DNA of 64,000 nucleotides from Vicugna vicugna (Eukaryota), in assembly GCA_013265495.1 (NCBI GenBank), contig MU057880.1, positions 1,208,527 through 1,272,526 of the forward strand, given 5' to 3'. Of the stretch, positions 1 through 42,580 are shown one piece after another (position 1 is the first letter of the stretch; the number at the start of each line of letters is the position of its first letter). The position numbers were made by a program, and so were the translations under genes. The notes under the pieces were generated by a model. The model was not told the DNA's origin and searched no databases. It saw nothing but the letters and a program-made list of their open reading frames with translations.

Positions 1-2282
1 TGCTTTCCCCTGTCTACCCAGGGACCCCCATTATTTACAAGATTGCAGTTTCCTGCCGTTTGGCCCATGCCCCTCTTTTTCTGTTCACATCTAGCTAGCT
101 GCCTTTTCAAACAGTAACCATCACCAAAACAACATAAAAAATAAACTGGGAAAAATGTTCATCAAAAATTATACCACAGACAAAGGAACTAATTCCTTTG
201 CTACACAAAGAATCCTCCAAATTACAATTTTAAGTCTTGAACCATCCTAGAAAACATTGTCAGCAGGAGCAAGAAGAAAGGTCACAGGGAAGGAATACCA
301 ATTGCTGGCACACAGGGAGACAACTGATCAGCTCTGCCCACGTGTTAATGAGCACTCAGACACGCTTAGACACTAGTGCCATTTTAACCACATTGCATCT
401 GGAAAGGATTAAGAATCAGATAAAAATCATTTTGGCAAGTATGTGGAGAACCTCAGCAGGGTTAAAATTCAGTTATAACTTTTTGCAGAGCGTTATGGAA
501 ATACTTATCAAACTTGTAAGTGTGTATCTGTCTCATGATTCAATTATTCTACTGGGACTATGCCTTGTACACACACATACACACATAAGCGCCTAAAACA
601 TATATGCAAAGGTACTAATGTTGGCATTGTATTTATCTTTTTGTAACAAACACAGGAAATACTCTCTAAGACCCTGCGTTCGTGTGTGTGAGAAGGCTAG
701 AAATTGAGAAACTGGGCGAGAGAATGAAAGAATGAATTAAGGTGCTATTTAGTTTTTAGTTTCATATTTTTGTTTTTTAATTGGTTTCCAAGAAACTTGT
801 TTTTTTGATAAGTAAGCAAACCCACTTAAACAGAATCTGCATTCATTCTGGAGAGAATTTAGATGGACCGTAGGTTACCTTAAAGGAAGAACCAGAATCT
901 TGTTGTAGAAATGACTTTCTCTTATTGTAGTTTTAAACTCCAGCCAATATGAATAGCAATTTATGTTGATGTGTTTCTTTTTCTTGGACAAGTAAACTGC
1001 ATCAGAACGGACCATGTTGGTCCTGCTGGATTTTCTCAAAAGTTGGCTTGAGTGAACAGTAAGTCAAAGAGCTGGGACTCAAGAACCCAGAATATCACAC
1101 CGCACCTGAGGATAATCCCACTTTATCCCTTTGATTCTTGACCTTGAAACCTCTTTTCAGGAGGAGAAATCAGTCCCACAAAGCCTCGAAGTTAAGCCGC
1201 GATCATGCATTTAGAATTTTTGCAACAGTCATGCAAGAGAAACTCACATCTGCCTAACATGGTGCAGCAACTAGGGACAGCCTGGTTTCTGCGCAAACTC
1301 TCTCCTTTATAAAAGTCCAATACCAAGTCACCTTCCGACCCCCGTGCCCCTAAGAAAATGCACAAAAATCTACTGGAATACACTGGATATATATATATAT
1401 CTCCTTGCCACATATTTAAGAGCTTTGCCATATTTCCATGTTAAAGTTGCTGGTTCTATTACTAAGACCACCCCTATTGGTGATTTTGAACTTCAGACCT
1501 GAGGTCCTCAGTAGGGAGCACCCCAAGATGACGTAGGTGAAGAGACAGGATTCTCCAGAACTTTGGTCATTCATTTACAAATGAAGGGAAATTAAGAAGA
1601 TTCTAGAGAGCATCTCAGTTTACGATTTGTGCATATCAGAAACGTCCAACTTTCCCCTCTCCATGGAATGTGTTTCTCGGTAATTTTCCACAAGGCATCT
1701 CAGAGCTGAAGCAGACAGCAGGCTCATTTGCTAACCCCCTTTACGTCAGATGTTCACCTTAGTCAAACATCGTTTCATACCCAGGAAATGGGAACTGAGG
1801 ACACACCTTCCCAAGCTAGTCTACCCGTGATGGAAAAACCCTTAAGAATCCATATTTAGCATCCACCCAAATGCAGCAGATGATTACTTAATAGCCTATT
1901 GGGAAAACATTTCTGCCTCTTGGTTGCAAAAAGTTCTTCAAAAATAGCAGGGCAAGTAGTCCCAGGTCTCTGTGACCTAAAATGTCTAACAAAGCTGAAG
2001 AATTATTAGAGCATCTTAGAGCAACCTGAGGCCATTCAGCCTGATGATTTAGTAATGATGTCCCTGCCATTGGTCAGAGAATTATGAGGCTAGGATTTAT
2101 GCACCAGCGCTCACCCGTGTTGGCAGCCCTGGCTGTAAGAAGTCATCTGCGTCCTGAGCATCCCAAGGCAACGCACACTTCTGTTTGAATAACTCTAGAA
2201 ATGGGTTTATTTTGTGATGTGTTTAACTTCCAGAAAACAAAATGATATAGTGCAAATAATAAAGTTAAAAAGTATGAAAACC

Positions 2283-2965
2283 TGAGGACAGTATGGAGGT
2301 TCCTTAAAAAACTAAAAATAAAGTTACCGTAAGATCCAGCAATCCCACTCCTGAGCATATATCTGGAGGAAACTCTAATTTGAAAAGATACAGGCACCCC
2401 AATGTTCACAGCAGCACTATTTACAATAGCCAAGACATGGAAACAACCCAAATGTCCATCGACAGATGACTGAATAAAGAAGCTGTGGTATATTTATATG
2501 ACGGCATACTACTCAGCCATAAAAAAGAATGAAATAATGCCATTTGCAAGAATATGGATGGACCTAGAGATGATCATACTGAGTGAAGTAAGTCAGTAGA
2601 GAAAGACAAGTATTGTATGATACCACTTATATGTGGAATCTAAAAAAAAGGATACAAATTTTATTTCCAAACCAAAAATAGACTCACAGACATAGGAAAC
2701 AAACTATGATTACTAAGAGGGAAAGCATGAGGGAAGGATAAATTAAGAGTTGGGGTTAATAGATACAACTATATATAAAATAGGTATACAACAAATTTCT
2801 ACTGTACAGCGCAGGGAAGCATATACAATTTCTTATTATAACCTATAATGGAACAGAATCTGAAAATAAAATGTATGCTATGTATAACTGAATCGCTTTG
2901 CCGTCCACCTCAAGCTAACATTGTAAATCAACTAACATTTAATAAGAAATAAAATTTTAAAAAGA
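2283..2965 (+). mobile_element. 5'-truncated L1 (ORF2 3' end, 3' UTR, A tail)
   Basis: Canonical L1 motifs GATCCAGCAATCCCACTCCTG, CACAGCAGCACTATTTACAATAGCCAAGACATGGAAACAACC and ATGGATGGACCTAGAG. Confidence 0.92.
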
Positions 2966-5879
2966 TGTAAAAACCTAAAGACTGAAAAAGCACGTCACAC
3001 TGAGGATTCAACTGACACCTATAAGATATAAAATAGATGGTAGTTTTTTTCTTAGCTCAGGTTTTAAAAATCCATTCATGACAAAATATAGTCGTTTCCC
3101 AAGACAGGTACAGGGCAGGGGTAGGGGGAAGGGAGGAGAGAGGAAGCCCAAAGGTAAAAAGAAAAAAAGTTTAAATTTTTTTAACCTGAAGACTATCACA
3201 ACTAAACCTACAGTTCCCTCTGGTGGTCAAAGATGAAAATGAATTTGTAGAGATGAATTAAATGCATGATTATTTAACATACAACAAGAAAACTAAAGGT
3301 AAGGCCACCAGATGCCACCCTTTGTATAAATATTCCATTTTAACTAACTCACCTGACCACATTTGCCCTAATTATGAAGGTTGAATGACTCCTTTTTTGG
3401 CGAGCTCCCAATTCTTCTACACTTTTAAACCACAACGCAAGAGTTGTTAAGTAGTAAACTGTTATTGGCTGACACTACTTACATACTAGGGATTTAGGTG
3501 ATCATCTATGTTGCAAATTACGCAGGAATGATAAGAAAAGATATTTTCCTTGATTTGTTAGACTACTTCATCTTAAAAAAGTAGACCATGAATTGCTTAA
3601 TGCCTTAACTAATTTTACCATGCATATTTTATCATGCACATTAACATGAGTATTTTGGTAACCCAGACACACACTATTATCATAGAATATCAGATCATAG
3701 ACTCTTAACCCAGCAACAAAACCTAGCGTTCTTAGGAGGTTACAGTGTGTAAACCTTAGACACATCTTATAGTGTTGATCCTTAAGGAAAAAAAAAAGGT
3801 GTGTATAATTCATTACAGCTTTAAGAAAGATAATGAATTCCAAGATTCCATGAAATATTAATTTTTCTGCCTAAAGAAAATTAAAGTTTGCATGTTTTTC
3901 TTGGGTGAATGTTAACATCTTCTTGAATAATTTTATATGGGAGTCAACAGAATAGCTTTTAATTAATGCACTCCTTGAGCCTCAAAGGTAAAAAAACCAA
4001 AAATATATACATAATTTTACTTGAGCCCTCTTTATATTCTAATCATAATACACCGCTTCAACTAAGGAGAACATGACAGAAGTTATATTTTACTTTTGTT
4101 CTTTCTAATACTTACAGAGGATTTAAGATGGCTTCCTGTTAGACTTTGTACATTTTATCTATTGTATTAACTGGATATGAGCTTTAATTAAAAGACAGTG
4201 ACACAGAGAAATAATAAATTGTCTTGAATTTTAGTGTCTCAATTTTTTCTCGAATAATCTTCTTTCAGTATGAATCCTAAACATGGGATAAGATTTTTAG
4301 CACCAAATGAAGCCTTTCGGATTTAGCCTATTTCCATCCATTCACTAAATATTTATGGTGCAGCTATATTTTATAAAAATGTTGTGTTGGCTCCCCAGAT
4401 CAGTGAGGGAAACTACCAAGATAAATCAGAAATATATCTTGAGGTTAAGATGCTTGCAGTGTTGAGGAGAGATAAGGGTTTAAAGGCGGTGGAACTGTAA
4501 AGTGGAAATGAAGAAATGCTCCGTGTGTAAGAGATCTTTGAGATGTGAGTGTCAAAGAAACGACACCCAGCTGGGTATTTAAGCTGAAATGCAAGCACCT
4601 TTTGAGGAATTAGTCAGGCGATGAACTAGAAAGAGGAGCACATATTTAAAAAAAAATTTTAATAGTAAGTACACGCAAATCCGGAAGAAAAAAAAATTCG
4701 CATTTTACCAGATCAAAGGAAACAAAATTTCAACTTATTGAAGATAAAACCACTGCTGAAAAACATTAAAATGAGTAATAAAAGAAAGGCCAATGACATG
4801 AATGACGTGCTATTTTTAGTCTACTGCATATGAAGTTTTAAAAGATGCTTTAAACTTTTGACTGGGAAAATTTCAAACACACACAAATAGCAAATAATTA
4901 TGTGGAAAACCCCCGGGGACGGACCCATCAACCACCGTCCACAGTCATCAGTGAGCATCCAACTCTGTCCATTAAAAGCCCCACTCGCTTTACTCCCCCG
5001 TTTTATCTGTAACAATCGCAGACATCACTTGAAATTAAGTTTTTAAATTCTATTTAAATTATTCATAAGTGGTTCAGTCTGAATTCCTAAAAAGAAAAAA
5101 AAAGACTGTTGTTTGTAAAGACAACAAAAATATCATTATCAAATCTAAACACACTTGAAGATAACTTCTTGTTTAGCGAGTTTTCAAATTTCCAGTTGTT
5201 TTGTTGTTGAAGTAGGGATCGAAGTAAGGTCCACCTCCCGCCTAGGTCCGCAGGTCTCTGAAGTTGTTTTAAATCTGTTGCACCTCCTTTCTCTGTATGT
5301 GCAGCTACAGACACACACAAATGCGTACCTACAAGCAGCTAAATATACAATACGCCCCCGTACAGGCAGATACCCACGGACACGCCCACAGCAGTTAAAG
5401 GAACCAGGTCATCTTTGGTCCTGCGGATTTCCCCTCGCTTGGTATTTTGCAGATTTATTCCTGTGATGTCTGTTGGCATGTTCCTCTTTCCCCATCTTGT
5501 TATTGCTGATAATTAGAGGGTGTTAGCAAGGAGAATCCGGGGTTGAGGCCTGGGTCCGGGCGCTTGGGGAGGGTTTAAGGAAGTGTGGTGTGCTCTGGGT
5601 CGGACGCTGTCAGGAAGCGGGCGCAATTCCACGCCTGGAGAGGGGCCAAAGCAGCCGCAGCCACTCGTCTCGGCCACGAGACGTGCTTGGTGGCTGGGAC
5701 TGTGTTTCTGTTTTATCCACGTTCAGACACGACTGCGGTTTTCCTCTCGATCCATCCTGGCCCCGGACGCCGGCGCGGGACGCTGTGTTGTGTGAGATTG
5801 CTTCTGTTCCGCAGAGCGCCAGGGCCCCGCCGAGAGCCCCAGCCCAGCGCCTGGCTAGCAGGGCCGCCTTCCCCACGTC

Positions 5880-6735
5880 GACTCCCTGCGACCCCGCAGG
5901 GTGTGCCCAAGAGGAGTGACTGCATTTATCCACAGAAGTTCTTGTAAGGGAATGTTCATTGTAGCTGAAGACTGGAAAGAACCCCATGTCCATGAACAGG
6001 AGTGCAAATAAACCCATCGTGTTATATCCATAATATGCAACGTGCTACTTACCGCTCATTAATATAAAGGAAGACTGCTGATATAGATAGTAAAGTACTT
6101 GAGTCTCAAACACATTATGAAACAGGTCACTTTTTTAAAAAAAATTATTTCAAGATACTTTTTTTTCAGATTCTATACTTCATTGTTTTACATAGTTTAG
6201 GGTTCACTCTTGGTGGTGTACATTCTTTGGGTTTTGACAAACATAGAATGACACATGTCAAGATACTTTATTTTTTTAAAGGTCATTTAAAAATTATTTT
6301 ATGATACTTTATTTTTTAAAAAACAAGTCATTTAAAAATTATTTCAAGATACTTTTTTATAAAACAGGTCATTTTTTAAATCTTGAAATATATTTAAAAA
6401 ATGATCTGTTTCAAACACATTTTGTATGGAAAAAATCAAATATTGGGGAAACATATTGTATGATTTCATTATATGTATTTTAAGGACAGGCAAATTTACA
6501 TAATAAAGAAAAGTGACTTAGACTAGTGTGTGGGCAGAGGGGGTGGGTGGTGGGTCGTGGTGGGGTAGGAGGTGCAGGGCTGGGGAACTGACTGCAAAGA
6601 GTGAGGAGGGGAATTTCTTGGATGATGGAAGCAATGCTTTATAACTTGATCTGTGTGATGGTGGCGCCAATGTATTTATAAAAATTGATCCAAGTCTGCA
6701 TTTATTGTATGTAAACTGTGCCTCAATAAAGGAAA
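5880..6735 (+). mobile_element. Old L1M 3' remnant, interrupted by an AT-rich tandem repeat and a short antisense L1 3' fragment (about 6165-6257)
   Basis: GAATGTTCATTGTAGCT...CTGGAAAGAACCCCATGTCCAT, and terminal TTTATTGTATGTAAACTGTGCCTCAATAAA. Confidence 0.7.
6120..6380. repeat. Degenerate ~42-bp AT-rich tandem repeat (AACAGGTCATTTAAAAATTATTTCAAGATACTTT), about 4 copies
   Basis: The unit recurs near 6121, 6281, 6322 and 6363. Confidence 0.75.
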
Positions 6736-7419
6736 CGTAATATTCAATTAAAACTGTCTATTTGGGGAGCCATTATTGCCGTCTCTCCAGCAGCCCTCTA
6801 ACCTCCCCTTACTGTGTAGCTGTTAAGAACTCTGGGAGGCAACGACCCCACATGCAACGAGCTCTGGACGTAAGCCAGCTCTGAACCTAAGAAGACCTCA
6901 GCCGATCTTCCTTATTTCAGCCATTCTGGGAGGGTCTAATCAAAGTGGTTATAGGAAGCACGCTTCTGTGTCCCAGATGTGACTGTAGGGTATCCTTGGT
7001 TGCTTCTAAGGGAAGCCAGCCTGACTCTGCCTCCTGATGTCTGGAGAGAGAGCACTTTGATTGGATGGCACTGGGTCACTACTTCAGTGGCCTCTGAGGG
7101 CAGGAAGATACAGGATGAAGACAGCCCTGTGCAAAAGCAGCTCTTGTAGAACAGGATGATCTCTGAGGACAGTGGGCTCTTCACTGGATTGACAGGTCTG
7201 TAATCAATGGCTTCATGCCCCCCTCCCACCAAAATAGGGACCGTAGGACTAAGCTCTGCCATACTTGGAAGGAATACTGTGCAAGTATGTTGATGGTCAT
7301 GAAAATATGTCCACAATATATGGAAAGAAAAAAATTGTGCATACAAATTGGCAATTGCAACTCAGGGACAATTAAATGCCATTAATACAAAAAGGTAAAA
7401 TATATTTAAACCAGAAAAA

Positions 7420-8938
7420 TAGCTTTGTATTATGTTAATTTATTCAAAATGATCAACATAGTTAATGACATTCCAGGTCCAAATTCAAATGAATTTTTGT
7501 GAGATGTTACAATCCAAGATTTATTTATATTAGCAGCTCAACAATTAAAGAGACTCCAGTATCATTTTTAAATTGCACTCAGAGAGGAATAATAAGTGGT
7601 TGTTTGGCTGAGGTGGTGGTGAGGGCAGGAGCGTTGCCAAATTCCAGACACTCATGAAAATACAGATTTCCATTAATTTGAACCTCACAGTAACCACATG
7701 AGATGCATGTTACCATTATCCCCAGTTTAGAGATGAGGAATCAGATGTGGGGATTGGGGGAGCACAGCACCTCATCTGAAGTCACACAGTTAAAATGAAG
7801 AAGAAGTGAGATTTAAACCCACACAGATCAGCTAGAGGACCCACACACATTCTCCCTCCCAACAGCAGAGTAACGTGCGATCTGGTGGCAGTGGGTGAAA
7901 TTTACACAGCACTATCCTCTTTTTTTTTCTATTATTTTGAGAGTTGGGGAGCCATCGTGACATTGTCCTAGCATAGTTCCATTTCAGCTTGCTTAAAGAA
8001 AACTATCATTTTCTGTGACTTTCTTTTGTCCAGTGGAAACCACCAGTTAAAACAGGAAAAAAAAAAAAAACAAAACAAAACCTTTGAACCCACGTTCAAA
8101 GAGGAATTTTAGAAATACATATTTCAGCAAAATAAAGTGTACATCTAAGAGTGTGCTGGTCCCCTAAAATTCTCACTCTGATAAACTAGACCCTGACTTT
8201 AGCAAATCTAGAATTTTCCGCCAATTTGGAATAGTACATACATATGTGTGCGTGTGTTCACAAGTGTGTACTTGTGTGTGTGTGTATATGTATTGTACAC
8301 ATATTCTCAAGGGTGGGAATGGATTTTATCTAGAAACTATCACCAACACTTGGAGCTAAGTAGGGTGGAAGCCGGCAAAATGGGCAACATTAATTTGGAG
8401 TAAAAATAAGTCTGGGCTAAAAATAATGAAATGGCCTTTTTAACACTCAGTGGTCAACTCTGACGTTTACTTTCTCTAGCAAAGGATCCAATATCTCTGG
8501 ATTTGAATTCCATCATCATAACATATCTCCTCCCCACTCCTCCCCCCACAGTTTTTGGCGTCTCTCTTCATTAACGAGGGTGCTATGTTGCAAATCTGGG
8601 CGTGCACGCAGTTCTTTGCACGTGAACTCCACACCATTTTCTACATTACACGACACGAAATGCAGACTGTGGTAAAGGCAGTGCCATCAGATGGAACGCT
8701 GTCCTCCCTCATAAGCGGTTCTTTAGAAGAATTTTTCATTTGTATACTCGCCCGAAACTCGATTTTCCTTCCTTCTCACATCTGTGGAAAAAAAAAAAAT
8801 CATCGCCTTCCCTAACCCAAGACTGGTTGAGAGCCACTTGCTGGATGAAAACGACTCTGTTCTCCGCATCCTCTCGGGGCGTCCCGGAGAGGCGGTCTCC
8901 CAGGTCCCGCTGCCACCTGCTGGTCCATCCAGCGGCGC
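7420..8938 (-). other. TMEM144: TMEM144 3' UTR; candidate AATAAA signals at 7520-7525 and 7439-7444
   Basis: Follows the stop codon. Plus-strand TTTATT occurs at both positions. The true cleavage site cannot be determined from sequence. Confidence 0.5.
7680..7825 (-). mobile_element. MIR within the putative 3' UTR (other MIRs at about 21480-21660, 30830-30930, 32235-32420, 35945-36120 and 55865-56070)
   Basis: MIR core CCATTATCCCCAGTTTAGAGATGAGGAA...GAAGTCACACAGTTA...GATTTAAACCCA. Confidence 0.75.
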
Positions 8939-38111
<29,173 letters not shown>

Positions 38112-38771
38112 CTGAAATGAAAGAAATAAAAATGAAACAATTAAGAAGTGGTGAGTCCATGAATAAGCTGTGATCCAGACATGAACTTTACTGAGCGCCT
38201 CAAAAGTACATTAAGAGTCCTTCTTCCAGACAAAAAGCTAGGACATTATAAAATGATGTATGATGCTCACAATCACATTCATTAATTCATTCATTTTCTC
38301 AACAAATATTTCTTGATCACTAACCTACAAAGCGAACAAAAACCAAACAAATTTGTCTTCAGAGTTTGAAAACCTAACTTCTTCCAAGACCTGGATACAA
38401 CTTTTATGTTATTATAAAGAAATTCTCTTGCATACAGGGACTGGTAGAATGATGACTGTGGACCAGGATTCTGTTCACGTCAACTGGTGGTTGTGACAAT
38501 CAAAGGAGAGAGCACATGTGCAGACACGACAACTGTCAGTGCCTTCCAAGCAAAAATCTCCTCGAGCATTTGAAACATGAGTGTAACGACACTTTCAGCT
38601 ATGTACTCACAGTCCCCTAGAGGTAAAGGCACTTTTCTTGATCAGTGGTTCACACCCTTCAGTGTGTAGGTTCAATGGTTCATGAGCTCTCTACCTTTAT
38701 GACTTAAAAAACCCCACAAAAACAGAAGAATCTCCTGAAGCACTTTTCAACAAGCTCCTAAGCCTCTTGAA

Positions 38772-41700
38772 GGTGACTAAGATGGCGGAGTAGGAAGACC
38801 CTAAGCTCACCATGTGCACCAAAATTATGACTGTTTACAGAGCACGTATGAATGACCTGAAGACTAGCAGAAAAGATCTTCTACAGCTGAAGATATGAAG
38901 AAGGAATCACTAGGGGTTGGGCAGGAGGGGCAGAAACATGGTGGAGTCAAGACCTGCACCCTTGGGTAGGCTACCTATAAATGGGAGAATAATCACAATT
39001 GCAGATTCCCTCAAGGAGTGAGACATTCAAGCCCCATACTGGTCTCCCCAGACGGGGTTCCCTCACGGGGAAGATGAACTCTTAGAACTTCTAGCTTTGA
39101 AGGCCAGCGAGACACGTGTTGGGGAAAACCAGAGGGCTAGAGGAAAGAGAGATTCCACTCTTCCCCAACCCAAGGCAGAGTGGTAATTTGAAAGGAGCCT
39201 GCATCAGACCCACCTGCTGATCTTGGAGAGCCTCCTGGAGAAGCAGGAGGCAACTGAAACTCACCCTGGGGAACAGACATTGGCAACAGACATTTTTAGG
39301 AAATCATTCTGCCAGGAGGACACTGGTGCCAGCAAGCACCATTCTGAAGTCCTCCCACTAGCCTACTGACAATGGGACCCAGCCCCACCCAAAGGCTAGC
39401 TGTCACCAGTCCTCCGGTGCCCCAGGCCGGGGAGTCAGTGCTGCTTTCATACTCATTGTGTGAGGCCAGCATCCCCTTGATATCAAACCAAACACATCAC
39501 ACAAAAAGAAAATGACAGGCTAATATCCCCGATGAACATAGATGCAAAGATGCTCAACAAAATATTAGTAAACAGAGTTCAACAATACATGAAAAGGATC
39601 AGACCTCATGACCAAGTGGGAACTTTCCCAGGGATGCAGGTCTATTTCAATATCTCCAAATCAATGCAATGCATCACATGAGCAAACTGAAGAATAACAA
39701 TCATATGATCACCTGAATAAATGCAGAAAAAGCTTTAGACAAAATTCAACATCCATTTATGGTAAAAACTGTCAACAAAGTGGGTATGGGGGAACATACC
39801 TCAACATAATAAAGGCCACATATGATAAATCCACAGGTAATATCATACTCAACTGTGAAGAGCTGAAAGCATTTCCTGTAAGACCAGGAACAAGACAAGG
39901 ATACCCACTCTCACCACTTTTATTCAGTACAGTATTGGATATCCTAGCCATGGCAATGGGAAGGAAAAAAAATTAATAAAAGGAATCCAAATGGACAGGA
40001 AGAGGTGAAACTGTCACTGCTTGCAGATGACATGACACTGTACACAGAAAACCTTAAGAATGCATCAAAAAACAATAGTTTTTTTGAATAAATGAATTCA
40101 TCAAAGTTGCAGGATACACTAATAATGAACTATCAGAGAGAGAAATTAAGAAAACAATCTCATTTACAACAGCATCAAAAAGAATAAAATACCTAGGAAT
40201 ACACCCAACCAAGGAGGTAAGAGACCTGTGCTTGAAAAACTGTAAGACACTGATGAAATAAATTGAAGAGAAACAATGGAAAGACATACCATGCTCATGG
40301 ATCAAAAGGCTATTGTATAAAAAGACTATACTTCCCAAGGCAATCTAGAGATTAATGCAATTCCTGTCAAAACGCCAGTGGCATTTTGCATAGAACTAGA
40401 GCAAATAATTCCAACATTTGTGTGGAAACACAAAAGCCTCCGAAGAGCCAAAACAATTTTGAGAAAGAAGAACAAAGCTGGAGTTATCATGCTCCCTGAT
40501 TCCAAATTACAAAGCCACCGTCATCAAAACAGCATGGTACTGGCACAAAAACAGACACATAGATCAAAGGAACAGAATAGAGAGTCCAGAAATAAACCCA
40601 CACACAGATGGTCAATTAATCTATGAGGAAGGAGGCAAGAATCTCCAATGGAGAGAAGAAAGTCTCTTCAATAAATGGTAGTGGGTAAACTGGACAGCTA
40701 CATGTAAAAGAGTCAAACTGGACTGCTTGCTCACACCATGTATCAAAATGAACTCACAATGAATAAAAGACGTAAATGTAAGGCCTAAAACCATAGAACT
40801 CCCACAAGAAAACACTGGCAGTACGCTGTCTGACGTTGGCTTTAGCAATTTTTTTTTGAATCTGTCTCTCCATGCAAGGGAAACAAAAACAAAATATTAA
40901 AAAAAAAAAACAAATGGGACTACATCTAATTAAAAAGCTTTTGCACAGCATTGCAGACCATCAATAAAACTAAAATGCTGCCTACTAAATCAGAGAAGAT
41001 AGTAAAAGGTTAGTATCCAAAATATATGAAGAACTCATAAAACTCAATGCCAAAAAAAAAGAAAACCTAATTAAAAACTGAGCAGAGGTCTTGAATAGAC
41101 ATTTTTCCAGTGAAGACAGAGATGGCCAACAGGCACACAAGAAGATGCTCAACATCACTAATCATCCGGGAAATGCAAATCAAAACCACAGTGAGATACC
41201 ACCTCACACCTGTCAGAATGGCCGTCATCAGAAAGACAAGCAATAGCAAATGCTGGAGAGGCTGTGGAGGAAAGGGACCCCTCCTACACTGCTGGTGGAG
41301 ATGCAGCTTGGTTCAACCACTGTGCAAAACAGTACAGAGGGTCCTTAAAACACTAAAAATAGAACTACCATACCATCCACAAAATCCAATTACTGGTACC
41401 TTTCTGGAAAAAAAAAAAAAACAACTAAAACACTGAAACAAAAAAACCCCTAAAATTCAAAAAGATACATGCACACCCATATTCACTGCAGCATTATTTA
41501 CAATAGCCAAGATATGGAAGCATCCTAAGTGCCCAGTGATGGTTTAATGAATAAAAAATATATTATATATATACACACACGTATACACATACACACAATT
41601 GACTATTACTCGGCCATAAAAATAAGGAAATCTTGCCATTTGTGACAACGTGGATGGACCTAGAAGGTATTAACGCTGAGTGAAATAAGTCATAAGGAGA

Positions 41701-42078
41701 AAGATAAATATCGTGTGGTTTCACTTATATGTGGAATCCAAAAAACGAAACAAAGGAACAAACATAACAAAGAATCTATATATCTATGTATCTCACAGAT
41801 ACAGAGAACAAATACGTGGTTACCAGAGGCGAGCAGGGTTGGCGGCTGAGTGAAACAGGTAAGTGGGTTAAGAGGTACAAAATCAGAGTCATGGAGATGA
41901 ACTATACGGTGTGCGAACTGCAGCGAATTATATTGTAATACCTTTGTGTGGTGTCAGATAGTAACTAAACATGTTGTGGTGATCATTCTGTAATGTACAG
42001 AAATACTAAATCACTGTGTTGTGCACCAGAAACTAACATAGTGTCGTAGGTCAATTATACTTCAATTGAAAAAAAAAC
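38772..42078 (+). mobile_element. L1 (L1MA-age) retaining its 5' UTR but lacking ORF1 and the 5' half of ORF2; decayed ORF2 RT/C-terminus and 3' UTR
   Basis: 5' end AAGATGGCGGAGTAGGAAGACCCTAAGCTCACC; jump at about 39445 into ORF2 (ACTCATTGTGTGAGGCCAGCATC); RT motif TTGCAGATGACATGA; terminal TAGGTCAATTATACTTCAATT plus A tail. Confidence 0.92.
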
Positions 42079-42399
42079 CACTCTGGGAGGAAATGTGTCA
42101 AAATACTGAAGACAGCGATCTCTGAAGGGTGAGGAAGGTGATGGTAAATTTTTACTTCATGCTTTTATGTATTTCTAGTAGTCTGCAATGAACAAGTAGC
42201 CCTTGTAAATTGAGAAAGAAAACAATAAATGTCATGAAAAATGAAAAACAAAAACCTTAGAATCTCTTAAATCCCTTCAAAATTAAAGCTCTTGGAAAAC
42301 ATCTTCAGGACTCCCCGAAAGTACAAGGTCAGCGGTGTGTCTTTCACAATTCTGCTAGCCAGTCAGCAGGACAAAGGAAAGCAGCTGGTCAGCTGTCTG

Positions 42400-42580
42400 C
42401 AGTCTGGTAGTCACTGGCCACATCTGGGTAACGAAATTCTCATTGAAATTAACTAAAGTTTAGTTATCTAACTACATTTCAAGTGCTTGATGGTCACATA
42501 GAGCCAGCAGCTACCATACTGGACCGTGCAGATTATATACAGATTTCTATCATTAGAGAACGTTCTACTGGACAACGCTG
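42400..42580. mobile_element. MER33-like hAT element
   Basis: CATTTCAAGTGCTTGATGGTCACATAGAGCCAGCAGCTACCATACTGGAC...TTCTACTGGACAACGCTG. Confidence 0.65.

Noticed and set aside
6701..6706. Minus-strand AATAAA as the TMEM144 polyA signal
   Set aside because: It is part of the L1M terminal consensus. The signals at 7439-7444 and 7520-7525 in unique sequence are more plausible.
39450..41440. L1 ORF2-like ORFs as a functional reverse transcriptase
   Set aside because: Fragmented by stops and frameshifts, with ORF1 and the endonuclease missing. No active L1 is present in the window.
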